A stretch of 24,000 nt of DNA from contig SYAL01000057.1 of NCBI GenBank assembly GCA_005787585.1, positions 2,780 through 26,779 of the forward strand, given 5' to 3'. Source of the DNA: Bacteroidota bacterium (GTDB lineage Bacteria; Bacteroidota; Bacteroidia; B-17B0; Aurantibacillaceae). Positions within the stretch are counted from its first letter, which is position 1. Every line of letters starts with the position of its first letter. The notes under the pieces are model-generated. The model had not been told where the DNA came from, did no database searches, and saw only the letters and a list, made by a program, of their open reading frames with translations. Position numbers and translations under genes: made by a program. Shown here piece by piece: positions 1 through 10,239 of this stretch.

Positions 1-477
1 TATTTCTTTAAAACGTAATTCTTTGGACAAATTGCCATTTTTATCATATCGATAATATTTACTTTCATAATAATTTGAACCATCGTGATATCGATTTAAA
101 ATTAGTTTTTTATCTGAATAAAAATAACTGTTACTTATTGTATCGTAAATATACTCTTTAACAGTTCTGAAAGTATGTTTTTTTTTGTTATATTGAATTT
201 GTTTTTCAATACTTTTAACAACAGTGGTATAATAAAACCTTGATAATTGACCATCGTTATTAAATTCGTATGATTCAATTAAATTTTTATCTAAGGCAAT
301 TTCAAAATCTTTTTTATCTAGTATTTCAAAGGTAATTTTTTTTATGCCATTTAATTTGATAATTTCTGGGTTAAAATGAACTTGGGTTTCAAAAGCTGTT
401 TCAGCAGTGGTTAACAAAATCTGTCCATTTAAAAAGAAAGAAACAAAAAATAAAAATATAAAATTTAATTTATTCAA
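1..477 (-). CDS. Hypothetical secreted protein, 5' portion only (continues beyond the left window edge)
   Basis: This gene is absent from the ORF track because it has no stop codon inside the window. By hand translation the reverse-strand frame is open for 159 codons from 477 to 1: (TTG)[40 protein letters not shown]...[21 protein letters not shown]. An in-frame TAA at 496-498 bounds the start upstream, and the only start candidate is TTG at 475-477. The N-terminus looks like a signal peptide. The start overlaps the stop of the upstream gene by 8 nt. An open frame this long is unlikely by chance in such AT-rich DNA. I did not recognise a family. Confidence 0.6.
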   Translation of the reverse strand, partial: MNKLNFIFLFFVSFFLNGQILLTTAETAFETQVHFNPEIIKLNGIKKITFEILDKKDFEIALDKNLIESYEFNNDGQLSRFYYTTVVKSIEKQIQYNKKKHTFRTVKEYIYDTISNSYFYSDKKLILNRYHDGSNYYESKYYRYDKNGNLSKELRFKEI

Positions 478-2497
478 GTTGCAAAATTGTTTTTTTTAAT
501 GATTTTGTTGGAGAATAACAGGTATTGTTTTCGCAAACATAAAAAAGTGTTTGATTTTTAACATACTTATCTTTCAAAAACGGTAAATCAGAGCTAGTCT
601 TACTCACTATAAAAATCGCATTTGTTATTCCATGTTTATACAAGTTAATTAAGTTTTCATTAACATTTTTACCAACAATACTTATTTCTTTAAAAGGATA
701 AGAATAAAAAAGGGCTAGACTACCCCAATGACTGTATCCAGCGGCATAATTCTTAAATTCATCCAATAGATTTAAAAGCATTTTTTTTGATAAATTAGTC
801 CATTCGGTTTTCCCGAAATAATTACCAAGCATAAATAAATTATGCGCCATTTGAGAGTTGGAAGAAGGGATTACATTATCGCTGATTTCGGAAGTTCTTA
901 AAATTAAATCATTAGATAAATGATTAGTATAATATAAAAAATCACTTTCTTTATTATGGAATAACGATAGTGTTAGTTCGCATAAATTATTTGCCTTATT
1001 TAAGTAAACTTGGTTTTGACAAATTAAATAAACATTGATGAGAGCTTCAATTGTAAAAGCATAGTCTTCTAAAAATCCATTTATTTTAGCACATCCATTT
1101 TTAAAGGTACGGTATAATTTTCCATCAGCTAAAGTAAGTTTGTTTGTTATAAAATTGATTGATGCTAACGCTAATTCTTTATATTTAATTTCACCAAAAG
1201 ACAAATAAGCTTTAGCATAAGCTGTGCAAATAAGAGCGTTCCAAGAGGTAATTGTTTTGTCATCTAAACTAGGTTTTAGTCTTGATTTGGCATCTTGTTT
1301 TAAAATATTTTTACAGGTTAAAATAATGAGATCTAATTCATTTTTTGTTAAATTAAATTTAGTAAGTAATTGCACTTGATTTTCTGAACGCATCAAAATA
1401 TAATTTCCCTGTTCCCAATAGCCTTTGTCGTTTATTTCGAAATATTCTCTGAATATTTCGAAATTTTTGCCGAGTAAATCTTTCAAATCTAACTGATTCC
1501 AAACATAAAATTTTCCCTCTTCACCATCGCTGTCTGCATCGTAAGCAGAATAAAAATAGCCCTCAGCATTATACCATTCATTTTCTATAAATTGAAGGGT
1601 ATCACAAGCAATTTGTTTATATAGTGGATTTTTTGTTAGGTTAAATGCTTCAGTGTATAATGATACGAGTTGAGCGTTGTCATAAAGCATTTTTTCAAAG
1701 TGCGGCACTTTCCAAATAAGATCAGTACTATAGCGCGAAAATCCACCATATAATTGATCATAAATACCCCCAAAAGCCATTTTATTTAATGTTAAATTAA
1801 CATGATTAAGTAATGCGTTATCTTTTTCTAAAATTGCATAACGAAGTAAAAATTGATAGTTACAAGGCATCGGAAATTTAGGTGCTTTGTTAGGTCCACC
1901 GTGTTCGTTGTCTAATTGAGTTTTCCATTTTTTTACTGATAATTGAATTAATTCTTTATTCAATAGTGAGTTAAATTTACGGGATGTTGAAATTATCTCT
2001 GCTTGTTTAATTCCATTAGTTAGGGCCTCAGCATATTCAAAAACCTTATTTGATTCTAATTTATATAAGTTTACGAGACTATTTAAGACTTCAATCCATT
2101 GTGATTTTTTAAAATAAGTACCTCCATAAAATGGTCGTCCATCGGATAAAACAAAACAATTTAATGGCCAACCTCCTCTTCCGGTCATTAATTGAACCGC
2201 TTGCATATATAACATGTCTACATCGCTACGTTCTTCTCGATCAACCTTAATATTAATAAAATTCTGATTCATTAATTTCGCCACTTCAGAATCTTCAAAA
2301 CTTTCATGCTCCATAACATGACACCAGTGGCAAGCACTATATCCAATACTTATTAAAATAGGTTTATTTTCTGCTTTAGCCATTTCAAATACTTTATCTG
2401 AAAAAGGATACCAATTAACAGGATTATGGGCATGCTGAAGCAAATAAGGACTGGTTTCATTAATTAAACTATTGGTAAAAGAAAAATCTTTGCTCAT
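470..2497 (-). CDS. Thioredoxin domain-containing protein, DUF255 / YyaL (SPATA20-like) family
   Basis: 675-aa ORF. The N-terminus carries the family hallmark [17 protein letters not shown]...[18 protein letters not shown]...[10 protein letters not shown]...GGWPLN (a thioredoxin-like CxxC). The long C-terminal part is consistent with the alpha/alpha-toroid (N-acylglucosamine 2-epimerase-like) domain of this family. Confidence 0.9.
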   Translation of the reverse strand: MSKDFSFTNSLINETSPYLLQHAHNPVNWYPFSDKVFEMAKAENKPILISIGYSACHWCHVMEHESFEDSEVAKLMNQNFINIKVDREERSDVDMLYMQAVQLMTGRGGWPLNCFVLSDGRPFYGGTYFKKSQWIEVLNSLVNLYKLESNKVFEYAEALTNGIKQAEIISTSRKFNSLLNKELIQLSVKKWKTQLDNEHGGPNKAPKFPMPCNYQFLLRYAILEKDNALLNHVNLTLNKMAFGGIYDQLYGGFSRYSTDLIWKVPHFEKMLYDNAQLVSLYTEAFNLTKNPLYKQIACDTLQFIENEWYNAEGYFYSAYDADSDGEEGKFYVWNQLDLKDLLGKNFEIFREYFEINDKGYWEQGNYILMRSENQVQLLTKFNLTKNELDLIILTCKNILKQDAKSRLKPSLDDKTITSWNALICTAYAKAYLSFGEIKYKELALASINFITNKLTLADGKLYRTFKNGCAKINGFLEDYAFTIEALINVYLICQNQVYLNKANNLCELTLSLFHNKESDFLYYTNHLSNDLILRTSEISDNVIPSSNSQMAHNLFMLGNYFGKTEWTNLSKKMLLNLLDEFKNYAAGYSHWGSLALFYSYPFKEISIVGKNVNENLINLYKHGITNAIFIVSKTSSDLPFLKDKYVKNQTLFYVCENNTCYSPTKSLKKTILQLE

Positions 2498-2678
2498 AAA
2501 ATTTCAAGGAAATGGTAAATAATATTAAACACATAAAATTAAATATGACCTTTTATTAATTTATCTTTTTTATTAGTTAAATTTGAAAAAAAATAAAATA
2601 AAACTTTATTTAACTTAATATTTAATTTGATTATAAAATTAGTTTAAAAAACAATTTTTACAACAAAATAAATAAACG

Positions 2679-4025
2679 ATGAAAAAAATCTATTGGATAA
2701 TAATTATTGGCTTTGTTATAATTTTTTCATTTATTATTTTAAAAATATTAAACGGAAATAAGTCAACAGATGTTTTTACTGAAAAAGCTATTATTAAAGA
2801 TATTGTTGAAATAGTGTCCGCTACAGGAAAAATTCAACCCGAAACTGAATTAAAAATAAGTAGTGATGTAAGTGGTGAAATAACTGAAATGATAGTAAAA
2901 GAAGGGGATCAGGTTAAAAAAGGAGATTTACTTTGTCGAATTAAACCAGATTTATATGTGAGTGCTTTTGAGCGGGTAAACGCTTCGGTAAATACAACAA
3001 AAGCAAATTTAAAAACTGCTGAGGCTCAATTAGATCAGGCAAAAGCTAGTTTAGTGAATAGTGAAGCTATTTATAAAAGAAATAAAAAATTATTAGATCA
3101 AAATGCGATTTCTGTTCAGGATTTCGATGCAATAAAAGCGCAGTATGAAGGCTCAAAATCTAATGTAGAGGCTTTGGAAGCAGCAGTAAATGCAGGAAAA
3201 TATTCTATTCAAAGTAGTGAAGCTTCATTAAAAGAAGCAAATACTAATTTAGAGAAAACCTATATTTTTTCTCCAGTAGACGCTACAATTTCAAAACTCA
3301 GTGTTGAAAAAGGCGAAAGAGTTGTTGGAGTTAGTGGTATGAGTGGCACTGAAATTATGCGACTGGCAAATTTAAATGAAATGGAGGTGAGTGTAGAGGT
3401 TAACGAAAATGATATTATTAAAGTTCATAAAAATGATACGGCTATTATAGAAGTAGACGCCTATGTGGATAAAAAATTTAAGGGAATAGTAACCGAAATT
3501 GCTAATTCATCAAATAATACAGGAATTTCGGTTGATCAGGTTACCAATTTTGTTGTAAAAATAAGAATGCTCAGAGAATCATATAGTTATTTAGTAAATG
3601 AGAAAAATAGCATACCTTTTCGCCCAGGAATGAGTGCTAATGTTGATATTCAAACTCGTCGTGTGAAAAAAGTAATTGCAATACCTATTCAAGCTGTTAC
3701 GACTCGAAATCCTGATTCACTTATTGTAGAATCTAATTCAGATGAAGACAACGAAGTAATTATAAAAGATGACAAGGAAGAAAATGAGCAAAAAAAAATA
3801 GAACAAAAAATTAAAGAATATGTATTTGTAGTTAAAAATGGAATTATAAAACAAGTAGAGGTCAATTCAGGAATTCAAGATAATGATTTTATCGAAATTA
3901 AATCTGGAATTCAAAAAAATGATGAAATTATTTGTGGCCCATATAGGGTTGTTTCTAAAACATTGAATGAAGCCACTAAAATAAATATAGTTAAGAAAGA
4001 AGATTTATATAAAACAGAGAACTAA
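2679..4025 (+). CDS. HlyD-family / MacA-like periplasmic membrane-fusion (efflux adaptor) protein
   Basis: 448 aa with an N-terminal TM anchor (IIIIGFVIIFSFIILKIL). It has a lipoyl-like motif (ISSDVSGEITEMIVKEGDQVKKGDLLCRI), a long Ala/Gln/Lys coiled-coil hairpin (residues ~95-190), the second lipoyl half (IFSPVDATISKLSVEKGERV), and beta-barrel and membrane-proximal segments. Confidence 0.85.
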   Translation: MKKIYWIIIIGFVIIFSFIILKILNGNKSTDVFTEKAIIKDIVEIVSATGKIQPETELKISSDVSGEITEMIVKEGDQVKKGDLLCRIKPDLYVSAFERVNASVNTTKANLKTAEAQLDQAKASLVNSEAIYKRNKKLLDQNAISVQDFDAIKAQYEGSKSNVEALEAAVNAGKYSIQSSEASLKEANTNLEKTYIFSPVDATISKLSVEKGERVVGVSGMSGTEIMRLANLNEMEVSVEVNENDIIKVHKNDTAIIEVDAYVDKKFKGIVTEIANSSNNTGISVDQVTNFVVKIRMLRESYSYLVNEKNSIPFRPGMSANVDIQTRRVKKVIAIPIQAVTTRNPDSLIVESNSDEDNEVIIKDDKEENEQKKIEQKIKEYVFVVKNGIIKQVEVNSGIQDNDFIEIKSGIQKNDEIICGPYRVVSKTLNEATKINIVKKEDLYKTEN

Positions 4026-4081
4026 TATTTATTTTTATTAAAAAACATAATACTAAATTTTAACAAATACTTAAACATTAA

Positions 4082-4771
4082 ATGCCATACATTTTAAATA
4101 TTGAAACTGCAACAACAGTATGTTCTGTTTCTATTTCAAAAGATGGTAATATTTTGGGTTATAAAGAAATAGATAATGGATTTACTCATTCAGAAAATCT
4201 TCATTTATTTATTAATGAATTATTAATTGAATTAAATATCTCTATAAATAATTTAAGTGCAATTGCGATTAGTAAAGGGCCTGGTTCTTATACAGGATTG
4301 AGGATAGGAGTTAGTGCAGCAAAAGGCTTAGCTTATGCATTAAATATACCTTTAATTAGTGTTGATACATTAAAGATAATGTCATATCAAGTTAGTCGGT
4401 TAAGAAGAGAATTCGATTTTTTTTGCCCTATGATAGACGCTCGCCGAATGGAAGTATATACTTGTGTATATGATACTCAATTAAATTTACAAATTCATAC
4501 TCAAGCCTTAATTATAGATCCTCTATCCATAAAAATATTTGATTCCTTTTCATCGATATGTTTTTTTGGCGATGGAATGTTGAAATGTAAAGAAGTTATT
4601 TCAGCGCTCCAAAATGCAGTATGTGTTGATAATATAAAACCTTCTTCACAATATATGTGTAAACTATCTTATGAAAAATTTTTAAAACAAGCCTTTGAGG
4701 ATATTGCCTATTTTGAACCATTGTATCTTAAAGATTTTTTAATTACGACTAAAAAACAAAGAGTAAATTAA
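4082..4771 (+). CDS. tsaB: tRNA N6-threonylcarbamoyladenosine (t6A) biosynthesis protein TsaB (YeaZ)
   Basis: 229 aa. The N-terminus ILNIETATTVCSVSI and the motif SKGPGSYTGLRIGVSAAKGLAYALNIPLISVDTL are typical of TsaB/YeaZ. Confidence 0.9.
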   Translation: MPYILNIETATTVCSVSISKDGNILGYKEIDNGFTHSENLHLFINELLIELNISINNLSAIAISKGPGSYTGLRIGVSAAKGLAYALNIPLISVDTLKIMSYQVSRLRREFDFFCPMIDARRMEVYTCVYDTQLNLQIHTQALIIDPLSIKIFDSFSSICFFGDGMLKCKEVISALQNAVCVDNIKPSSQYMCKLSYEKFLKQAFEDIAYFEPLYLKDFLITTKKQRVN

Positions 4772-4774
4772 AAT

Positions 4775-5065
4775 TCAAAATTCTAAAACATTCAAAGTCC
4801 AAGCTTCTGGTTTTTGATTAAATAAAACTTTTGTTGATGTCCATATTGTGTTAAATAATATTGAATCGCGATAGTTATTTAAATGTTTTTCACTTTTCCA
4901 GTAACTATATGTGAAAAAGATTGAAGGCGTTTGATTGTCTTGAAGTAATTCAAGATGGATGCAGCCATCAAACCCTTTAATTTTGTGCCAATTTAATTCA
5001 TAAATTGTTTTAAATTTTTCTATTTTATCGAGTTCAAAACTCATTTTAACAATTCTTTTAATCAT
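4775..5065 (-). CDS. Small ABM (antibiotic-biosynthesis-monooxygenase-like, ferredoxin-fold) domain protein
   Basis: 96 aa. Its size and pattern (KMSF...F...H.ELLQD...P..FFTYSYWKSEKHLNNYRDS..F) resemble dimeric alpha+beta-barrel ABM proteins. Its ATG overlaps the stop of the upstream DUF62 gene in an ATGATTAA arrangement (8-nt overlap), which implies co-transcription and translational coupling. Confidence 0.5.
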   Translation of the reverse strand: MIKRIVKMSFELDKIEKFKTIYELNWHKIKGFDGCIHLELLQDNQTPSIFFTYSYWKSEKHLNNYRDSILFNTIWTSTKVLFNQKPEAWTLNVLEF

Positions 5066-5876
5066 GAAATTCTATTACAACATTAATATTTAATTTTCTC
5101 TCAACTTCTCTGGTACAAAGCATTTTAAAAGCGCTTTGGCCATTTATGGCAACTTCTAAATATCCCTGGTTATTAAATATTAATAATGGAGAGCCAAATT
5201 TTACGTCATCATATGTATTTTTTATTTCATAAATCTTAGTTCCAGGTAATCGAAAAGTAAATTTTCTTTTTTGTGAAGCATTATAAAAATTTTCTTTTGT
5301 AATATTTGTAATAATATTACCAAAGTCATCAACATAAACTCCTTTACCTTTTAAAACATTATTGTTAACGTAGCAATCAAAAGATATAGCCTTATAAAAA
5401 TCATTAGTAAGTGTTGCAATATCAGTTAATTCTTTTTCACGACAAAGATGAATAGCTGCATCCACAAAAATATCTTTTAAGAAAAAATGTCGTTTATTTT
5501 CTCCTTCATAATATAATTGGTAAACCTCAGAGTTTAAATTTGGATCGATCAAAGTAAGAAGGCCATTATCAGGACAAATTATATATTGATTGAAGTAATT
5601 GGAGATTAAAAATCTAGAGTTATCAATTGTAATATTTGTATTTAAATCGCTTTTATCTATTATCCATTTTACAGCAACCAAATGGATAGTTCCGTCAGGA
5701 AAATGAGGAAGAGAATTTCGGATAATATATGCTGCATTCGAAATTGAATTATCTTTTATTTCACAGCTTAAATCAATAATATTTAAATTTGGTTCTTGTG
5801 AAATAAGTTTTGCTTTAACTATGGCTAAATAATGGTCACGATAACCTAAATCGGTAGTTAATGTTACAATTCTCAT
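5058..5876 (-). CDS. SAM hydrolase / SAM-dependent halogenase family protein (DUF62, SAM hydroxide adenosyltransferase-like)
   Basis: 272 aa. The N-terminus IVTLTTDLGYRDHYLAIVKAKL matches the conserved TDFG..D.Y.G..K motif of the family. Length and the C-terminal beta-barrel-like region (GKGVYVDDFGNIITNI...GYLEVAINGQSA) also fit. Confidence 0.8.
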   Translation of the reverse strand: MRIVTLTTDLGYRDHYLAIVKAKLISQEPNLNIIDLSCEIKDNSISNAAYIIRNSLPHFPDGTIHLVAVKWIIDKSDLNTNITIDNSRFLISNYFNQYIICPDNGLLTLIDPNLNSEVYQLYYEGENKRHFFLKDIFVDAAIHLCREKELTDIATLTNDFYKAISFDCYVNNNVLKGKGVYVDDFGNIITNITKENFYNASQKRKFTFRLPGTKIYEIKNTYDDVKFGSPLLIFNNQGYLEVAINGQSAFKMLCTREVERKLNINVVIEFHD

Positions 5877-5984
5877 TTGTTCAAAAATAAATATTTTTTC
5901 AGTATATTATTTTTTTAAACTTGAACTAAGATTAACAGGGTTATAAACAATATAGTTTATTTTCTGTTTTTCTTTTTAAAATAA

Positions 5985-6932
5985 ATGAACGAAAAAATAA
6001 TTACATTAGATAGCGTTGAGCCTGTTGAAATATATGGTGTTAATGACGTAAAATTAAATATTATTCAAAAACATTTTCCAAAGCTTAAAATAGTAGCAAG
6101 AGGATATTCTATTAAATTGATAGGCAATTCTCAAGAAATTACTCGTTTTGAAAAAAAACTCGATATGTTAGTAGATCACTTTCATAAAACTGGAGTATTA
6201 ACTGACACGGTTATTGAAAGATTATTGGGCCAAACCGGTGATAACCTATTAGATTTAAAAGAAGATATATTAAATGGTGATATTATTTTGTTTGGTAATA
6301 ATGGTTTAGTAATTAAAGCAAAAACACCTAACCAATTGAAAATACTGAATGGTATTGTTAAAAATGATATGCTTTTTGCTATTGGCCCTGCAGGTACCGG
6401 CAAAACTTATACCGCAGTTGCATTAGCTGTAAAAGCTTTAAAAAATAAAGAGGTAAAACGAATTATTCTTACACGACCGGCCGTTGAGGCTGGTGAAAAT
6501 TTGGGTTTTTTACCAGGAGATTTAAAGGAAAAGCTAGATCCTTATATGCAACCTCTTTATGATGCATTAAACGATATGTTGCCCATTGAAAAACTAAATC
6601 AATATATTGAAAGTAGAACCATACAAATAGCACCATTAGCTTTTATGCGAGGCAGAACATTGGATAATGCTTTTGTTATTTTAGATGAAGCTCAAAATAC
6701 CACTGAAAGTCAAATGAAAATGTTTTTGACCAGAATGGGATCTAATGCAAAGTTTATTGTAACTGGAGACTTGAGTCAAATTGACTTACCGACTAGACAA
6801 CCTAGCGGATTAATTCAAGCTGTTAGTTTATTAAAAAAAGTTGAGGGTATATCAGTTATAGAGTTGGATAAAACAGATGTTATTCGACATAAATTGGTAA
6901 GAGCTATTATAGAAAAATATGAAGCTAAGTAA
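5985..6932 (+). CDS. phoH: PhoH-family ATPase (PhoH/YbeZ-like)
   Basis: 315 aa with Walker A GPAGTGKTY and Walker B FVILDEAQN. The motifs LTRPAVEAGENLGFLPGDL and GDLSQIDLP are characteristic of PhoH-like proteins. Confidence 0.9.
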   Translation: MNEKIITLDSVEPVEIYGVNDVKLNIIQKHFPKLKIVARGYSIKLIGNSQEITRFEKKLDMLVDHFHKTGVLTDTVIERLLGQTGDNLLDLKEDILNGDIILFGNNGLVIKAKTPNQLKILNGIVKNDMLFAIGPAGTGKTYTAVALAVKALKNKEVKRIILTRPAVEAGENLGFLPGDLKEKLDPYMQPLYDALNDMLPIEKLNQYIESRTIQIAPLAFMRGRTLDNAFVILDEAQNTTESQMKMFLTRMGSNAKFIVTGDLSQIDLPTRQPSGLIQAVSLLKKVEGISVIELDKTDVIRHKLVRAIIEKYEAK

Positions 6933-6939
6933 TAAAAAA

Positions 6940-9036
6940 CTACTTTAGGTCATTTATTAAATTAGTTGCTTCATGAACATTAATATCTTTTGCAATATTT
7001 TTTATCCATCGGTCGTCTCTTCCTAATTTTGAAGTATCTTTTGCGTTTCGTATTTTATCTTCTTTTAAAATCGTAGCACTAAAATCTTTTATATCTTTCC
7101 TTGATTCTTCATATTTTTTAGATTGAACTCTAAATTGTTTCTGTTCCAAACGAAAATTATCTAGTTGAAGATTATATTTTGTATCATCTCTTTTTAATTT
7201 AATTTCTTTTGATTGATTTCTAACCATTTGAAATTGTGGGCTTTTTAATATTCTAGCATCACTTTTTTTAATAATATCATCATAATTAATATTGTAATAT
7301 TCTTTATAATTTACTTTTGTTATTTCGTCCCATGGCATCGGGTAATCTAATTCTCTTTCACCTCTGTCAATAAAAGAATAAGGATCAGGAAGTAATATAT
7401 CGGGTTTAACTCCTTTTAACTGAGTGGCGCCCCCATTAATTCTGTAGAATTTCTGTTGCGTTATTTTAATAGAACCAGCTGGCTTTAACGAATCAAATTG
7501 AGGCAATAATAATAAATCTAAATCAATAAATGATTGAACAGTTCCTTTACCAAAACTATTTGAACCAATTATGATTGCACGTTTATAATCTTGCATAGCG
7601 GCAGCGAGAATTTCGCTTGCACTTGCACTGTTTCCATTAATTAGAATTGTTAGTGGACCAGACCAAACTACCTCTGGATTTTTATCTTCCATAATACTCA
7701 CTGGTACACCAACTCTTCCCTTTACTTGAACCACAGGACCTTTTGGAATAAATAAGCCAGCCATTTCAACAACTTCTTGTAAAGAACCGCCCCCGTTATC
7801 TCTTAAATCGATGATTAAACCTTTGATATTTTCTTTTTTTAATTTTTCAATTTCTTTGCGCATATCTTGAGTACAATGATGGGCACCTGTTCTATTAAAA
7901 TCAGTATAAAAGGAAGGTAAGTAGATATACCCAAATTTATTTTTATTTTCGAGTAAACCACTTTTAGCATAGGTTTCTTCAATCTCAATTACGTCTCTAA
8001 TAATAGGAATAACTTTTAGGCTATTATCTGTTTTTTTTACTGTTAATCTGACTTCTGTACCTTTTTTTCCTTTAATAAGTTCAATAGCTTCATCAATATC
8101 CATATTAATAATATCAATCGGTTCAGAAATACCTTGAGCTACTTTAATTATATCGTCGCCAGCTTTTAGTTCACCTTGTTTGTGACTTGGGCTACCTACT
8201 ATAATTTCGCTTACTTTTAAGATACCATCTTTTTGTTGCAGCCTTGCTCCAATGCCTTCAAATTGCGCACTCATTGCTTGATCGAACTTCTTTCTTTCTT
8301 TAGGTGCAAAATATTCAGTATGTGGGTCGTAAATTTTGGTAATTGTGCCTGCAAATTCAGAAAATCTTTCGCGAGGTGTTATTTTATTTAATCGTTTAAA
8401 AAACTCAATGTTAGTTTTTAATGTTTTTCTGCGAGCATCTGTCTCAAGAGAGTCGAATGATAATATTTTGACGGAGTTATCTTTTTTTTCTTTTGCTAAT
8501 TCCTGTATAGTCAGAGCCTCGTCGAGTCTAGTCAATATTTGGTATTTGAGCATTTTTTTCCACTCATTTTTGAGTTCAGACTCAGTTTTAGCATAGGTTG
8601 TTTTTTTCCAGTCAGTCTCGTACTCTTCAATTTCTGAATAATTAAATGGTTTAGATAAGAGTTCTTTGCTCCAAACTTCTTTTTCCTTAATCCTACTTAC
8701 AATAATTTGCGAAGCTAGATTAAAGAAATCGTGGGTTTTAGATAACAATTGATTATCAATATCTAATTTATATTTTTCTAAAGCAGTTAAATCACTTTGC
8801 AATAAATATTTTTTATTATAATCGATGTTTCTAATATAAATTTTAAATACTTTTTCACTAAATTCATCATTAAGAATTAATGGGGAATAATGATAATCAT
8901 TTAAACTTCCAAAAATCAATTCAAAAACAACATCATTTCTGTTAAATACATATTTTATTAAAGTAAATGAAGAGAGTAAAATTATTACTAGAAATAAGAT
9001 TACTTTTTTTGAAAAATAAGAGTTTAATTTTTGCAT
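6940..9036 (-). CDS. Carboxy-terminal processing (tail-specific) protease, peptidase family S41
   Basis: 698 aa with an N-terminal signal or anchor. It has a PDZ-like region (FEGIGARLQQKDGILKVSEIIVGSPSHKQGELKAGDDIIKV) and the S41 core DLRDNGGG...NGNSASASEILAAAMQDY...GSNSFGKGTVQ, which holds the catalytic Ser and Lys context. Confidence 0.9.
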   Translation of the reverse strand: MQKLNSYFSKKVILFLVIILLSSFTLIKYVFNRNDVVFELIFGSLNDYHYSPLILNDEFSEKVFKIYIRNIDYNKKYLLQSDLTALEKYKLDIDNQLLSKTHDFFNLASQIIVSRIKEKEVWSKELLSKPFNYSEIEEYETDWKKTTYAKTESELKNEWKKMLKYQILTRLDEALTIQELAKEKKDNSVKILSFDSLETDARRKTLKTNIEFFKRLNKITPRERFSEFAGTITKIYDPHTEYFAPKERKKFDQAMSAQFEGIGARLQQKDGILKVSEIIVGSPSHKQGELKAGDDIIKVAQGISEPIDIINMDIDEAIELIKGKKGTEVRLTVKKTDNSLKVIPIIRDVIEIEETYAKSGLLENKNKFGYIYLPSFYTDFNRTGAHHCTQDMRKEIEKLKKENIKGLIIDLRDNGGGSLQEVVEMAGLFIPKGPVVQVKGRVGVPVSIMEDKNPEVVWSGPLTILINGNSASASEILAAAMQDYKRAIIIGSNSFGKGTVQSFIDLDLLLLPQFDSLKPAGSIKITQQKFYRINGGATQLKGVKPDILLPDPYSFIDRGERELDYPMPWDEITKVNYKEYYNINYDDIIKKSDARILKSPQFQMVRNQSKEIKLKRDDTKYNLQLDNFRLEQKQFRVQSKKYEESRKDIKDFSATILKEDKIRNAKDTSKLGRDDRWIKNIAKDINVHEATNLINDLK

Positions 9037-9177
9037 ATCTACAAATTTAATTTAATAATTAAGAAATACTATTTTTATTAGAAATATTTTTATTCTTTTT
9101 TCCTTAAAACTTGTTTAAATATTGTTAAAAGCACATAGAATCAGAATACTATATTTATATATTATAACGTTAATTTT

Positions 9178-10227
9178 ATGATTGATTTTTCGAAAGCGCA
9201 ACTAGTCCATTTTGCAATTCATTTTGTTGGAAATAAAAGCTTGGGTGAAGAGCTAACATTAAGTAATAAGGCAATAAAATTTAAAGATAATTTTATAAAA
9301 GAAACAGTTTTGCGTTATTTTTTATCTTCATTTAAAACCGATATTTATTATCAATTCAAAGGTAAAACAAATATTTCTTTAAACAGTTTAGCTAATGTTT
9401 GCGAAGATTTATTCGCTTCCACTAAAAATTTTATAGTGCAATCTAAACAAATTGCTACTCATTTATTTAATCAGAGTATCCATCCAAAAATTAAAGGTGG
9501 AGAATTTTACGTATGTTATTTTAAAGATATTTTAGTTGACGGTGAGTTATGCGATGCGGTTGGTTTTTTTAAAACAGAAAATAAAGAAACTTATTTAAAA
9601 GTTTATCAGCATATAGATGAATTTGATTTGGAATGTGATCACGGAATTAATATAGATAAATTAGATAAAGGGTGTATAGTATTTAATACTGACAAAAATA
9701 ATGGCTATAAAATAAGTATCATAGATATCAATAATAAAAATGGAGATTGTGCATTATATTGGGAGGAGGATTTTATCAATTCTACTTTAAAAACAAATGG
9801 ATATTATTATACCAAAAACTTTATTGATACGACTCGAAGTTTTTGTGAGGAAATTTTAACCGAATCTAATAATGTTAAGAAAGAAGATCAAATGATGATG
9901 TTAAATAAAAGTACTTCTTATTTTAAAGAAAAAGATAAGTTCAATTTAAAGGATTTTGAAAATGAAGTATTGGTTCAGACGGAAATAATTAAAGCATTTA
10001 GTGACTATCGAAGAGATTTCAATAAACGCCATGACTTAACTGCTATAGACGAGTTTGAGGTATCAAATACTGCAGTAAAAAAAAATCAAAAATATATGCG
10101 TTCGGTAGTAAAACTTGACAAAAATTTTCATATTTATATACACTCAAAACATGAAAACATAGAGCGAGGTTTTGATAATAAAAAAGGATTAAAATATTAT
10201 AAATTATTTTATTTAAATGAGTTTTAA
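9178..10227 (+). CDS. Nucleoid-associated protein, NdpA/YejK (NA37)-like, Bacteroidota type
   Basis: 349 aa. The blocks HFAIHFVGNK, HPKIKGGEFYV, DAVGFFKTE and LDKGCIVFN..NGYK match, from memory, the conserved blocks of Flavobacteriia proteins annotated as nucleoid-associated. I could not run a profile search. Confidence 0.7.
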   Translation: MIDFSKAQLVHFAIHFVGNKSLGEELTLSNKAIKFKDNFIKETVLRYFLSSFKTDIYYQFKGKTNISLNSLANVCEDLFASTKNFIVQSKQIATHLFNQSIHPKIKGGEFYVCYFKDILVDGELCDAVGFFKTENKETYLKVYQHIDEFDLECDHGINIDKLDKGCIVFNTDKNNGYKISIIDINNKNGDCALYWEEDFINSTLKTNGYYYTKNFIDTTRSFCEEILTESNNVKKEDQMMMLNKSTSYFKEKDKFNLKDFENEVLVQTEIIKAFSDYRRDFNKRHDLTAIDEFEVSNTAVKKNQKYMRSVVKLDKNFHIYIHSKHENIERGFDNKKGLKYYKLFYLNEF

Positions 10228-10239
10228 AATAGCTTTTAA

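Noticed and set aside
9111-9127. Exact 17-mer ttgtttaaatattgtta, also present at 12096-12112
   Set aside because: My rough estimate of the chance expectation for an exact 17-mer in 24 kb of this AT-biased composition is a few tenths, and higher in intergenic DNA. The flanks do not align. The second occurrence is already explained as part of repeat copy A. I do not count it as a separate repeat family.
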